DNA from: Octopus vulgaris
Lineage: Eukaryota
Direction of reading: 5' to 3'
Assembly (NCBI GenBank): GCA_951406725.2
Contig: OX597840.1
Coordinates: forward strand, 22,444,001 to 22,508,000
Length of the DNA stretch: 64,000 bases
Shown piece by piece: positions 11,842 through 28,000 of the stretch (position 1 is its first letter; the number at the start of each line of letters is the position of its first letter). The notes beneath the pieces were generated by a model. That model was not told the DNA's origin. It saw nothing but the letters and a program-made list of their open reading frames with translations, and made no database searches. Position numbers and translations under genes: made by a program.

Positions 11842-12690
11842 TATAAATATGTATATATGTATATATGCATGTATATGTACATATATATGTATATATATAT
11901 GTTTATATACACATGTATATATATAGGTATATATATACATATATATGTATAAATATATATGTATATATACACATATGTATATATATATAAGTATATGTAT
12001 ATATACACGTATATGTATATATATAAGTATATGTATATATACACGTATATGTATATATATAAGTATATGTATATATACACGTATATGTATATATATAAGT
12101 ATATGTATATATACACGTATATGTATATATATAAGTATATGTATATGTACACGTATATGTATATATATAAGTATATGTATATATACACGTATATGTATAT
12201 ATATAAGTATATGTATATATACACGTATGTATATATGTATAAATATATATGTATATATACACATATGTATATATATATAAGTATATGTATATATACACAT
12301 GTATATATATATAAGTATATGTATATATACACATGTATATATATATAAGTATATGTATATATACACGTATATGTATATATATAAGTATATGTATATATAC
12401 ACGTATATGTATATATACACGTATATGTATATATACACGTATATGTATATATATAAGTATATGTATATATATAAGTATATGTATATATACACGTATATGT
12501 ATATATATGCATATGTATATATATATGTATATGAATATATATACATATATATATGTATATAAATATGTATACATATATATGTATATATATACATATATAT
12601 ATGTATTAATATATATGTATATATATATATATAGATGTATAAATATGTACATATATATATATACATAAATATATGTATATATATATATAA
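11772..12690. repeat. (TA)-derived minisatellite with a 36-bp unit GTATATGTATATATACACGTATATGTATATATATAA
   Basis: Unit repeated in tandem; gives 12-aa periodic pseudo-ORFs. Confidence 0.9.
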
Positions 12691-13034
12691 TTACAAATTG
12701 AGATAAGGGTTGTGAGTGCAACCCATCATGGGATAACATACATCCGATATACTGCCAGTAAAGCACCCAACAAAGTAAATACATAAATGTTAAGAATTGC
12801 GATGCAATTCATTTATTGCATTATATGTGCGAAGGTAAAACGTTTTACTACCAATTCATAATCCAAAATAAGAAAATGGAGAAATACACCTTAATCAGTA
12901 ATCAACTACCAGATAATACCCATTCACATAATTTATTAAGCAACTTCATATGGACATCAAGGTCAAACATAATAGTACAGAAGAAAACAGTGCACATCAA
13001 TGAGTAATATGATACAATAGGTACAATAATGAGA

Positions 13035-16000
13035 GGACGTTAAATAATGTTAAATGACATGACGTTACTTAACGTTAAATGACTTGACGTTAAACGACAA
13101 GACGTTAAATAACGTCAAAGGACGTTGAATGACGATAAATGACATGACATTAAATGATGTTAAATGACATGATGTCAAATGACGTAAAATGATATGATGT
13201 TAAATGACATGATGTTAAAAAATATGACGTTAAAAGACATGACATTAAATAACATGACGTTAAAAAGCATGACGATAAATAACTTTAAATGACGTTAAAT
13301 GACATGACACTAAATAACGTTAAACGATATGACGTTAAATGACATGATGCTAAATAACGTTAAATGACATGACCATAAATGAGGTTAAATGACATGACGT
13401 TAAATGACAAGACGTTAAATGCTTTAAATGACGTTGAATGATTTGACGTCAAATGACATGACGGTAAATGACATGAAGTTAAATGACATGACGTTAAATG
13501 AAGTTAAATGACATGTCGTGAAATGACGTTAAATGACATGACTTCAATTGACGTTAAATTACATAACGTTAAATGACGTGATGTTAAATAACGTGAAAAA
13601 ACATGACGTTAAATGACAGTAAATGACATGACGTTAAATGATGTTAAATGACATGACGTAAAATGACGTTAAATGACATGACGTTCAATGAAGTTAACTG
13701 ACGTAAAATGACGTTAAATGACATGAAGTTAAATGACGTTTAATGACATGATGTTAAATGAAATGACGTTAAATGACATGATATTAAATGACGTTAAATG
13801 ACATGACGTTAAATGATGGTATATGGCATGACGTTAAATGACGTAATATGTCATAACGTTAAATGACATTACGTAAAATGACGTTAAATGAAATGATGTT
13901 AAATGACGTTAAAAGGCATGACGTTAGATGACGACGTTAAATGACATTACATGAAATCACATTAAATGACGTTAAAAGGCATGACGTTAAATGACATGAA
14001 GTTAAATGACGTTAAATTACATGACGTAGAATGACATGACGTAAAATGACGTTACATCAACGTCAAATGACATGACATTACTTGACGTTAAATAACGTCA
14101 AAAAACGTTAAATGACATGATGTCAAATGACGTTAAATTACATAACGTTAAATGACGTGATGTTAAATAACGTGAAAAACATGACGTGATGTTAAATAAC
14201 GTGAAAAACATGACGTTAAATGACAGTAAATGACATGACGTTAAATGATGTTAAATGACATGACGTTAAATGACGTGACGTTAAATGAAGTTAAATGATA
14301 TGACGTTAACTGACGTAAAATGACGCTAAATGACATGAAGTTAAATGACGTTAAATGATGTTAAATGAAATGACGTTAAATAACGTAAAATGTCATAACG
14401 TTAAATGATATTACGTAAAATGACGTTAAATGAAATGACGTTAAAAGGCATGACGTTAAATGACATTACATGAAATCACATTAAATGACGTTAAAGGACA
14501 TGACGTTAAATTACATGACGTAAAATGACGTTACATCAACGTTAAATGACATGACATTACTTAACGTTACATAACTTGACGTTATATAACGTCAAAAAAC
14601 GTTAAATGACATGACGTTAAATGACGTAAAATAACATGACGTTAAATGACGCTAAATAATATAACGTTAAATGACATCACGTTAAATCACGTGAAAAGGC
14701 ATGACGTTAAATGACATGACATGACGTTGAAGGACGTTAAATGACATGACGTTAAATGATGTTAAATGGCGTTAAATGACAGGACGTTAATTGACATGAC
14801 GTTAAAGGACATGAAGTTAAATGACGTTACATGACATGACGTTACATGATGTTAAATGACATGACCTTACTTGGCGTTAAATGACGTTACATAACATGAC
14901 GTAAAATGACATGACTTTAAATGACGTGACGTTAAAAGACGTGACATAACATGACATTAACTGACGTGAAGTGACGTTAAATGACAACACGTTAAGTAAC
15001 GTCAAAGGACGTTCAATGACATGACGCTAATTGCGTAAAATGACGTTAAATGAGGTTAAATGACGCTAAATGGCATGACGTTAAATAACGTTAAATGACA
15101 TGACGTTAAATAACGATAAATGTCATGACGTTAAATGACATTCAATGACATGACGGTAAATGACGTTAATTGACATAAAGTTAAATGATGTTAAATGACG
15201 TTAAATGACGTTAAATTACCTGACGTTAAATGACTTGAAGTTAAATGTTTTTAAATGACATGACGTTAAATGACGTTAGATGACATGACGTTAAAAAATA
15301 TAAATGACGTTAAATGGCAAGACGTTAAATGACATGATGTTAATTGATGTTAAATGTCATGACGTTAAATGATATGACGTCAAATGACGTTATTGGCGTT
15401 ATTGACGTTATTGACATGACGTTAAGTGACATTAAATGACATGACGTTAAAAGTCATTAAATAACAAGACGTTAAATGACATGACGTTAAATGACATTAA
15501 ATGACAACACGTTAAATGACGTTAAATGACATTAAATGACAACACGTTAAATGACGTTAAATAACATGACGTGAAATAACTTTAAATGACGTTAAATGAC
15601 ATGACGCTAAATGATGTGACGATAAATGACCTTAAATGACAATAAACGACATGACGTCAATGACGTGAAATAACATGAAGTTATATGACGTTTAATGACA
15701 TGACGTTAAATGAACGTTACATGACGTTAAAGGTTACTTGACCTTAAATGATATGACGCTAAATGACGTTACATGTCATGACATTAAATGACATTACGAT
15801 AAATAAGGTCAAAGGACGTTAAATGACAGAACGCTAAATGACGTTAATTGACGTTAAATTACATGACGGTAAATAAGGTTAAATGACATGACGCTAAATG
15901 ATGTTGAATGACGTTAAATGACATTACGTTAAATAACGTTAAATGACGTTAAATTACATGACGTTAAGTGACGTTAAATGACGTGAAATGACATGATGTT

Positions 16001-19000
16001 AAATGACATTAAATAACATGACGTTAAATGACATGACGTTAAATGAAGTTAAATGACATGACGTTAAATGACATGTCGTTAAATGCCGTTAAATGACGTA
16101 AAATGACATGATGTTAAATAACATGACGTTAAATGACGTTAAATAACATGACGTTAAATGACATTAAATGACATGACGTTAAATGACTTTAAATGACATG
16201 ATGTTAAATGACGTTAAATGAAATGACGTTAAATGATATGACGTTAAATGACATTAAATTTACATAACGTTAAATGACGTTAAAAAGCATGACGTTAAAT
16301 GATATGACACTAAAAAACGTTGAAAGATATGAAGTTAAATGACGTAAAAGGAAATGACGTTAAACGATGTTAAATTAAATGACGTTAAATGACGTGATGT
16401 GAAATGATGTTAAATGACTTGCCGTTAAATGACTTGCCATTAAATGACGTGACGTTATAAGACATGAAGTTAAATGATATTAAATGACATAACGTTACAT
16501 GTCGTTGAATGACATGACGTTAAATAACGATAAATGTCATGACGTTAAATGACATGACGTTAAATGACATTCAATGACATGACGGTAAATGACGTTAATT
16601 GACATAAAGTTAAATGATGTTAAATGACGTTAAACGACGTTGAATGACGTAAAATGACATGACGTTAAATGACGTCAAATGATGTTAAATGACGTTAAAT
16701 GACATGATGTTAAATAACATGACGTTATATGACATGATGTTAAATGACATGATGTTAAATGACATGACGTTAAATAAAATGAAATGAAATGATGTAAAAT
16801 AACGTTAAATGAAATGACGTTAAACGACGTCAAATGATGTTAGATAACATGAAGTTGAATGATGTTAAACGGCGGTAAATTACATGACGTTAGATGACGT
16901 TAAAAGACATTACGTTAAATGACGTTAAATGACATTACGTTCAATGACGTTAAATGACATGACGTTGAATGACGTTAAAAAACATGACGTTAAACAACGT
17001 TAAAGGACATGACGTTAAATGACACGACGTTAAATGACATGGCGTTAAATGACGCTACATGACGATAAATGACATGACGTTATTTGACGTTAAATGACAT
17101 GACGTGAAATGACGTGAGATGACGTTAAATGATATGACGTTAAATGACGTTAATATACACGACGTTAAATGACATGACGTTAAATGACGTCAAATGATCA
17201 AACGTTAAATGGCATGACGTTAAATGACGTCAAATGACACGTCGTTAAATGACGTTAAATGACGTTAAATGACATGTCATTAAATGACGTAAAATCACGT
17301 AAAATGACATGATGTTAAATGACATTAAATGACATGACGTTAAATGACATGACGTTGAATGACATTAAATGACATGACATTAAATGACGTTAAATGAAGT
17401 TAAAAGGCATGACGTCAAACGACATTAAATGACATGACGTTAAATTATATGCCGTCAAATGACGTTAAATGACATTAAGTGTGATGAAGTTAAATGACGT
17501 TAAATGACGTTACATGACATGACGTAAAATGTCATTAAATGAATTTAAATGACATGACGTTAACTGACGTTAAAAGACGTTAAATAACATGACGTTAAAT
17601 AAATAGAAATGACGTTAAATGTCATGGCGTTAAATGACGTTAAATGACGTGACGTTAATTGACATGACGGTAAATGACGTGAATGACATGAAATTAAATG
17701 ACGTTAAATTACATAACATTAAATGACGTTAAATGAAGTTAAATGACATGACGTTAAATGATGTTAATTGACATGACGTAAAATGACAATAAATTAGATG
17801 ACGTTAAAGGAAGTTAAATGATATCATGTTAAATGACATTAAATGAGGTTAAATAACATGACGTTATATGACGTTTAATGATATGCCGTTAAATGATGTT
17901 AAATGAAATGACGTTAAATGACGTTCAGTGATGTTGAATGAAATGACGTTAAATGACATGATATTAAATGACGTTAACTGACATGTCGTGAAATGACGTT
18001 AAATGACGTTAAATGACATGATTTTAAATGTCGTTAAATGACATGACTTTAAATCATGTTAAATTACTTTAAATGACGGTACATGACATGACGTTAAATG
18101 ACGTTAAATGACATGACGTTACATGCCGTAAAATGTCATAACGTTTAATGACCTGACGTTAAATGACGTTAAATGACATGACGTTAAATGATATGTTCAA
18201 TGACGTTAAATGACGTTAAATGACATGACGGTAAATGACGTTAAATGACATGACGCTAAAAGATGTTAAATTACGTTAAAATTACGTTAAATGACATGAC
18301 GTTAAATAACGTAAAATGAAATTAAATGACGTTAAATGACGTTATAAAACATGACGTTAAATGACATGAAGTTAAATGACAAGAGGTTAAATGAAGTTAA
18401 ACGACGTTCAAGGATATGACGTTAAATTACATTAAATGACATCACGTTAAATAACGTAAAATGACGTTAAAAGGCATGATGTTAAATTACATGACGTTAA
18501 ATGACGTTAAATGATGTCAAATGAAATGATATTAAATGGTGTTAAATGACATGTCGTGAAATGACGTTTCATGACGTTAAATGTCATGATGTTAAAAGAT
18601 ATGACGTTAAATGAGGTTAAATGACATGACGTTAAATAACATGACGTTAAATAACGTTAAATGACATGAAGTTAAATGACGTTAAATGATATGATTTTAA
18701 ACGGCGTTAAATGACATGAAGTTAAATGACATTAAATGACACGACGTGAAATGACGTTAAATTACGTTTAAATGATGTTAAATGACATGACGTTAAATAG
18801 CATTAAATGACATCACGTTGAATGACGTTAAATGGCGTTAAAAGGCATGAACTTAAATGACGTTAAATGACATTACGTTAAATGCGTTAAATGACGTTAA
18901 ATGACATGACATTAAATGACATTAAATAACATGACGTTAAATGACATGACGTTAAATGACATGACGTTAAATGAAGTTACATGACATGACGTTAAATGAC

Positions 19001-22000
19001 GTTAAATGACATGATGTTAAATGACATGTCGTTAAATGGAGTTAAATGACGTAAATTGAGATGATGTTAAATGACATTAAATGACATGACGTTAAATGAC
19101 GTTAAATGACATGAAGTTAAATGACGTTAAATAACATGACGTTAAATGACATTAATTGACATGACGTTAAATGACGTTAAAGGACATGACGTTAAATGAC
19201 TTTAAATGACATGAGGTTAAATGACGTTAAATGAAATGACGTTAAATGATATGACGTTAAATGATATGACGTTAAATGACATGACGTTAAATGACATTAA
19301 ATTTACATACCGTTAAATGACGTTAAAAAGCATGACGTTAAATGATATGACACTAAAAAATGTTGAAAGATATGAAGTTAAATGACGTAAAATGACATGA
19401 CGTAAACGATGTTAAATTAAATGACGTTAAATGACGTGAGGTGAAATGATGTTAAATAACGATGTTTAAATCACTTGCCGTTAAATGACTTGCCGTTAAA
19501 TGACGTGACGTTATAAGACATGAAGTTAAATGATATTAAATGACATAACGTTACATGTCGTTGAATGACATGACGTTAAATAACGATAAATGTCATGACG
19601 TTAAATGACGTAAAATGACATGACGTTAAACGACGTTGAATGACGTAAAATCACATAATATGTTATATGACATGATGATAAATGACAAGATGTTAAATGA
19701 CATGACGTTAAATAAAATGAAATGACATGACGTAAAATAACGTTAAATGAAATGACGTTAAACGACGTCAAATGATATAGATAACATGAAGTTGAATAAT
19801 GTTAAACGACGGTAAATGAGATGACGTTAAATGACGTTAAATAACGTTAAAAGACATTACGTTAAATGACGGTAAATGACATTACGTTCAATGACGTTAA
19901 ATGACATTACGTTGAATGACGTTAATTGACGTTAAAAAACATGACGTTAAATACCGTTAAAGGACATGACGTTAAATGACACGACGTTAAATGACATGAC
20001 GTTAAATGACGCTACATGATGATAAATGACATGACGTTATTTGACGTTAAATGACATGACGTAAAATGACGTGAGATGACGTTAAATGATGTTAAATGAT
20101 ATGACGTTAAATGACGTTAATATACACGACGTTAAATGACATGACGTTAAATGACGTCAAATGATCAAACGTTAAATGGCATGACGTTAAATGACGTCAA
20201 ATGACATGTCGTTAAATGACGTTAAATAACATGATGTTAAATGACGTTAAATGACATGTCATTAAATGACGTAAAATCACGTAAAATGACATGATGTTAA
20301 ATGACGTCAAATGACATGTCGTTAAATGACGTTCAATAACATGACGTTAAATGACGTTAAATGACATGACGTTGAATGACATTAAATGACATGACATTAA
20401 ATGACGTTAAATGAAGTTAAAAGGCATGACGTCAAACAACGTTAAATGACATGACGTTAAATTATATGCCGTCAAATGACGTTAAATGACATTAAGTGTC
20501 ATGAAGTTAAATGACGTTAAATGACGTTACATGACATGACTTAAAATATCATTAAATGAATTTAAATGACATGACGTTAACTGACGTTAAAAGACGTTAA
20601 ATAACATGACGTTAAATAACATGACGTTAAATGACGTTATATGACGTTTAATGATATGACGTTAAATGATGTTAAATGAAATGACGTTTAATGACGTTCA
20701 GTGATGTTGAATGAAATGACGTTAAATGACATGATATTAAATGACGTTAAATGACATGTCGTGAAATGACGTTAAATGACATGATTTTAAATGTCGTTAA
20801 ATGACATGACTTTAAATCATGTTAAATGAGATTAAATGACGGTACATGACATGACGTTTAATGACGTTAAATGACATGACGTTACATGCCGTAAAATGTC
20901 ATAACGTTTAATGACCTGACGTTAATTAAGATGACGTTAAATGAAATGACGTTAAATGACGTTAAATAACATGACGTTAAATGACGTTAAATGACATGAA
21001 GTTAAATGACGTTAAATGACATGAAGTTAAATGACGTTAAATGATATGATTTTAAACGGCGTTAAATGACATGAAGTTAAATGACACGACGTGAAATGAC
21101 GTTAAATTACGTTTAAATGATGTTAAATGACATGACGTTAAATGGCATTAAATGACATCACGTTGAATGACGCTAAATGACGTTAAAAGGCATGACCTTA
21201 AATGACGTTAAATGACATTACGTTAAATCACTATAAATGATGTAAATTAACATGACGCTAAATAACGTTAAATGATATTACGTTAAATGACGTTAAATGA
21301 CATGACCTTAAATGACGTTAAATGAAATGACCTTAAATGAGGTTAAATGACATGAGGTTAAATGACGTTAAATTACATGACGTTAAATGACGTTAAATGA
21401 CATAAAGTTAAATGACGTTGAATGACGTTGAATGATGTTAAATGACATGACGTTAAATGACATGACTTTAAATGACGTTAAATGACGTTAAATGACATGA
21501 TGTTAATTGAAATGACGTTAAATGACGTTGCATGACGTTAAATGACATGACGCTACTCGACGTTAAATGACATGACGTCAAATGACGTTAAATGACAATA
21601 CATATCGTGACGTTAAATATCGTGAAATGACGTTAAATAACGTCAAAAGACGTTAAATGACGTTAAATGAAGTTGAATGACATGAACTTAAATGAGGCTA
21701 AATGACATGACGTTAAATGACATTATATGACATGACGTTAAATGATGTTAAATGACGTTAAATGACGTTAAATGATGTTAAATGACGTTAAATGACGTTA
21801 AATTACATGACGTAAAATAACGTTAACTTACGTTAAACGACATGACTTGAAATGACGTTCAATGACATGAAGTTAAATGACGTCAAATTACATGACGTTA
21901 AATGACGTTAAGTGAATTTAAATGACATGATGTTAAATGAAATGACGTTAAATGACGTTCAGTGATGTTGAATGAAATGACGTTAAATGACATGATATTA

Positions 22001-25000
22001 AATGACGTTAAATGACATGTCGTGAAATGACGTTAAATGACGTTAAATGACATGACTTTAAATCATGTTAAATGACTTTAAATGACGGTACATGACATGA
22101 CGTTAAATGACGTTAAATGACATGGCGTTACATGCCGTAAAATATCATAACGTTTAATGACCTGACGTTAAATGACGTTAAATGACATGACGTTAAATGA
22201 CGTTAAATGATATGATGTTCAATGACGTTAAATGACATGAAGGTAAATGACGTTAAATGACATGACGGTAAATGACGTTAAATGACATGACGCTAAAAAA
22301 TGTTAAATTACGTTAAATGACATCACGTTAACTAACGTAAAATGAAATTAAATGACGTTAAATGACGTTATAAAACATGACGTTAAATGACATGAAGTTA
22401 AATGACAAGAGGTTAAATGAAGTTAAATGACGTTCAAGGATATGACGTTAAATTACATTAAATGACATCACGTTAAATGACGTAAAATGACGTTAAAAGG
22501 CATGATGTTAAATTACATGACGTTAAATGACGTTAAATGACATGACGTTAAATGATGTCAAATGAAATGATATTAAATGACGTTAAATGACATGTCGTGA
22601 AATGACGTTTCATGACGTTAAATGTCATGATGTTAAATGATATGACGTTAAATGAGGTTAAATGACATGACGTTAAATGACGTTAATTAAGATGACGTTA
22701 AATGAAATGACGTTAAATGACGTTAAATAACATGACGTTAAATGACCTGAAGTTAAATGACGTTAAATGACATGAAGTTAAATGACGTTAAATGATATGA
22801 TTTTAAACGGCGTTAAATGACATTAAATGACACGACGTGAAATGACGTTAAATTACGTTTAAATGATGTTAAATGACATAACGTTAAATAGCATTAAATG
22901 ACATCACGTTGAATGACGTTAAATGACGTTAAATCACGTTAAAAGGCATGAAGTTAAATGACGTTAAGTGACATTACGTTAAATCACTATAAATGATGTT
23001 AATTAACATGAGGCAAAATAACGTTAAATGATATTACGTTAAATGACGTTAAATGACATGACCTTAAATGAGGTTAAATGACATGACGTTAAATGACGTT
23101 AAATGATATGACGTTAAATGACATAAAGTTAAATGACGTTGAATGACGTTGAATGATGTTAAATGACATGACGTTAAATGACATGAATTTAAATGACGTT
23201 AAATGACGTTAAATGACATGATGTTAATTGAAATGACGTTAAATGACGTTGCATGACGTTAAATGACATGACGCTACTCGACGTTAAATGACATGACGTC
23301 AAATGACGTTAAATGACAATACATATCGTGACGTTAAATGACGTGAAATGACGATAAATAACGTCAAAACACGTTAAATGTCATGACTTTAAATGAGAAG
23401 ACGTTAAATGACGTTAAATGAAGTTGAATGACATGAACTTAAATGAGGCTAAATGACATGACGTTAAATGACATTATATGACATGACGTTAAATGATGTT
23501 AAATGACGTTAAATGACGTTATATTACATGACGTTAAATAACGTTAACTTATGTTAAACGACATGACTTGAAATGACGTTCAATGACATGAAGTTAAATG
23601 ACGTTAAATTACATGACGTTAAATGACGTTAAGTGAATTTAAATGACCTGATGTTAAATGACGTGAAATAACATGACGTTCAACGACGTGAAATGACATG
23701 ACGTTAAATGAAGTTAAATGACATGACGTAAAATGACGTTAAATGACTTGATGTTAAATGACGTTATATAACGTTAAATGACGTTTAATGACATGACGTT
23801 AAATGACAATAAATGTCGTTAAATGACGGTGCATGACATGACGTTAAATTATGTTAAATGACATGACGTTAAATGACGTTAAATGATGTTAAATGACGTG
23901 ACATTAAATGACCTTAAAGGACATTACTTTAAATGACGTTAAATGACGGTGCGTGACATAACCTTAAATGACGTTAAATGACATGACGTTAAATGACGTA
24001 AAATGTTATAACGTTAAACGAGGTTTACGTTAAATGACGTTAAATTACATGACGTTAAATGACGTTAAATGACACGATGTTTAATGACGTTCAAAGGCCT
24101 GACGTAAAATTAAGTTAAATGACGCTAAATAACATGATGTTAAATGACGTTAAATGACATCATGTTAAATTAAGTTAAATGACGTTAAAGGACATGGCGT
24201 TATATGACTTTAATTGACATGACGTTGAATAACGTTAAATGACATGACTTCAAATGATGTTAAATGACGTTAAGTAACGGTACATGACATAACGTTAAAT
24301 GACATGACATTAAATTACGTAAAATGTCATAACATTAAATGACATTACGTTAAATTGCGTTAAGTGACATGACGTGAAATGACGTTAAATGACATGATGT
24401 TAAATGACGTTAAATGTCGTTAAAAGGCATGACGTTAAATGAAGTTAAATGACGTTAAATGACATGACGTTAAATGAATTAAATGACGTTAAATGACGTT
24501 AACTGACGTAAAAGGCATGACGTTAAATGACGTTAAATGACATGACGTTAAATGACGATAAATAACTTGACGTTAAGTGACGTTAATTGACATGACGTTA
24601 AATCGCGTTAAATGACGTTAACTGACATGATGTTAAATGACTTTGAATGACATGACGTTAAATTACGTTAAATGACGTTATATGACATGACGTTAAGTGA
24701 CATTAAATGACATGACGCTAAATGACGTTAAATGACATGATATTAAATGGCATTAAATGATATCACGTTAAATGACGTTAAATGACGTTAAAAGGCATGA
24801 CGTAAAATTACTTTAAATGATGCTAAATGACGTGACGCAACATAACGTTAAATGATATGACGTTAAATGACGTTTAAATGATATTAAATAACATAACGTT
24901 AAATGACGTTAAATGACATGATATTAAATGGCATTAAATGATATCACGTTAAATTACGTTAAATGACATGAAGTTAAATGACGTTGAATGACGTTAAATG

Positions 25001-28000
25001 ACGTTGGATGACGTTAAATGACGTTAAATGACGTTAAAGGACATGACGATAAATGACGTTAACTGACGTTAGAAGGCATGAGGTTTAATGATATGACGTT
25101 AAGTGATGTTAAATGACATGAAGTTAAATGACGTTAAATAACATGACGTTAAGTAACGTTAATTGACATGACGTTAAACCATGTTAAATGACATGAAGTT
25201 AAATGACGTTAAATAACATGACGTTAAGTAACGTTAATTGACATGACGTTAAACCATGTTAAATGACATGAATTTAAATGACGTTAAATGACATGATGTT
25301 AAACGACGTTGAATGAAATTATGTTAAATTACGTTAAATGACGTTATATGACATGTCGTTAAATGACATTAAATGACACGACGCTAAATGACGTTAAATG
25401 ACGTTTAAATGATATTAAATAACATGACGATAATTGACGTTAAATGAAATGATATTAAAAGGCATTAAATGATATCACGTTAAATGACGTTAAAAGGCAT
25501 GACGTTAAATGACATGACGTTAAATGACGTTAAATGACATGACGTTAAATTACTTTAAATGATGTTAAATGACGTGACGCAAAATAACGTTAAATGATAT
25601 GACGTTAAATGAGAGTAAATGACCTGACCTTAAATGAGGTTAAATGACATGACGTTAAATGACGTTAGGTGACGTTAAATAATGACGTTTTCCGACATTA
25701 CGTTAAATGACGTTAAATGGCATGCCGTTAAATGACGTTAAATGACATGATGTTAAATGACGTTGAATGACGTTAAATGACGTTGAATGACGTTAAATTA
25801 CGTTAAATTACGTTAAAGGACATGATGATAAATGACTTTAAAAGGCATGATATGACGTGACGCAATATAACGTTAAATAATATGACGTTAAATGACGGTA
25901 AATGACATGACCTTAAATGATGTTAAATGACATGACGTTAAATGACGTTAAGTGACGTTAAATAATATGACGTTTACTGACATTACGTTAAATGAGGTTA
26001 AATGACATGACGTTAAATGACGTTGAATGAATTTAAATGACGTTAAATGGCATGCCGTTAAATGACGTTAACTGACATGAAGTTAAATGACGTTAAATGA
26101 CGTTAAAGGACATGACGATAAATGACGTTAACTTACGTTAAAAGGCATGACGTTAAATGATATGACGTTAAATGATATGACGTTAAATGACGTTAAATGA
26201 CATGACGTTAAATGACGTTAAATGACATGACGTTAAATGATGTTAAATGACGTTAAATAGCATGACATTAAGTGACGTTAATTGACATGAGGTTAAACCA
26301 CGTTAAATTACATGAAGTTAAATGACATGAGGTTAAAAGACGTTGAATGAAATGACGTTAAATTACGTTAAATGACGTTATATGACATGACGTTAAATGA
26401 CATTAAATGACACGACGCCAAATGACGTTAAATGACGTTTAAATGATATTAAATAACATGACGTTAAATGACATGATACTAAATGGCATTAAATGACGTT
26501 GAATGAATTTAAATGACGTTAAATGGCATGCCGTTAAATGACGTTAACTGACATGAAGTTAAATGACGTTAAATGACGTTAAAGGACATGACGATAAATG
26601 ACGTTAACTTACGTTAAAAGGCATGACGTTAAATGATATGACGTTAAATGATATGACGTTAAATGATATGACGTTAAATGACGTTAAATGACATGACGTT
26701 AAATGACGTTAAATGACATGATGTTAAATGATGTTAAATGACGTTAAATAGCATGGCGTTAAGTGACGTTAATTGACACGAGGTTAAACCACGTTAAATT
26801 ACATGAAGTTAAATGACATGATGTTAAAAGACGTGGAATGAAATGACGTTAAATTACGTTAAATGACGTTATATGACATGACGTTAAATGACATTAAATG
26901 ACACGACGCCAAATGACGTTAAATGACGTTTAAATGATATTAAATAACATGACGTTAAATGACATGATACTAAATGGCATTAAATTATATCACGTTAAAT
27001 GACGTTAAAAGGCATGACGTTAAATGACATGACTTTAAATGACGTTAAATGACATGACCTGAAATTACTTAAAATGATGTTAAATGACGTGACGCAAAAC
27101 AACGTTAAATGATATGACGTTCAATGACGTTAAATGACGTTAAATGACATGACGTTAAATGATATTAAATGACATTACTTTAAATGACGTTAAATAACGT
27201 TAAATGACGGTACATGACATGAAGTTAAATGACGTGAAATGACATGATGTTAAATGCCGTTAAATGACGTGAAATGACGTTAAATGTCATGAGGTTATAT
27301 GACGTTAAATTATGATAAATTACATTAAATGACAACGTTAAATAACGTTATATGACGTTAAAAGACGTTAAATATCGTTAAAAAGCATGATGTTAAATGA
27401 CGTTAAATGACATGACGTTAATTGAAGTTAAATGACATGACATTAAATTACTTTAAATGACATGGCGCTAAATGACGTTAAATGATATGACGTTAAATGA
27501 CATGACGTTAAATGACATGAACTTAAATGACGTTAAATAACATGACGTTAAGTGAACTGACGTTAAATGACGTTAAATGACATGACGTTAAGTGACGGTA
27601 CGTGAAGTTAAATAACATGACGTTAAATGACGTTTAATGACGTGAAATGGCATGACGTTTCTTGACCTTCAATGACATGACGTTAAATGACGTTACATAT
27701 CATGACGTTATATGACGTGAAATGACGTTAAAAATAATGACCTTAAATGATGTTAAATGACAAGTCGTTAACTGCTTTAAATGACATTAAATAACATGAC
27801 CTTAAATGACGTTAAATGACATGACGTTAAATGACGTTAAATGACATGACGTTGAATGACGTTAAATGACATGACACTAAATTACGTTAAATGACGTTAA
27901 ATAACGTGACGTTAAATGACGTTAAATTACATGTTATTTGGCGTTAAGTGACGTTAAATGACGTGAAATGAAATGACGTTAAATGACATTAAATGATATG

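Noticed and set aside
11736-12784. YI/IY-rich ORFs here and at 7276-7767, 37353-38773, 43356-43815, 45435-45900 and similar loci
   Set aside because: Translations of (TA)n-type microsatellites and SINE bodies
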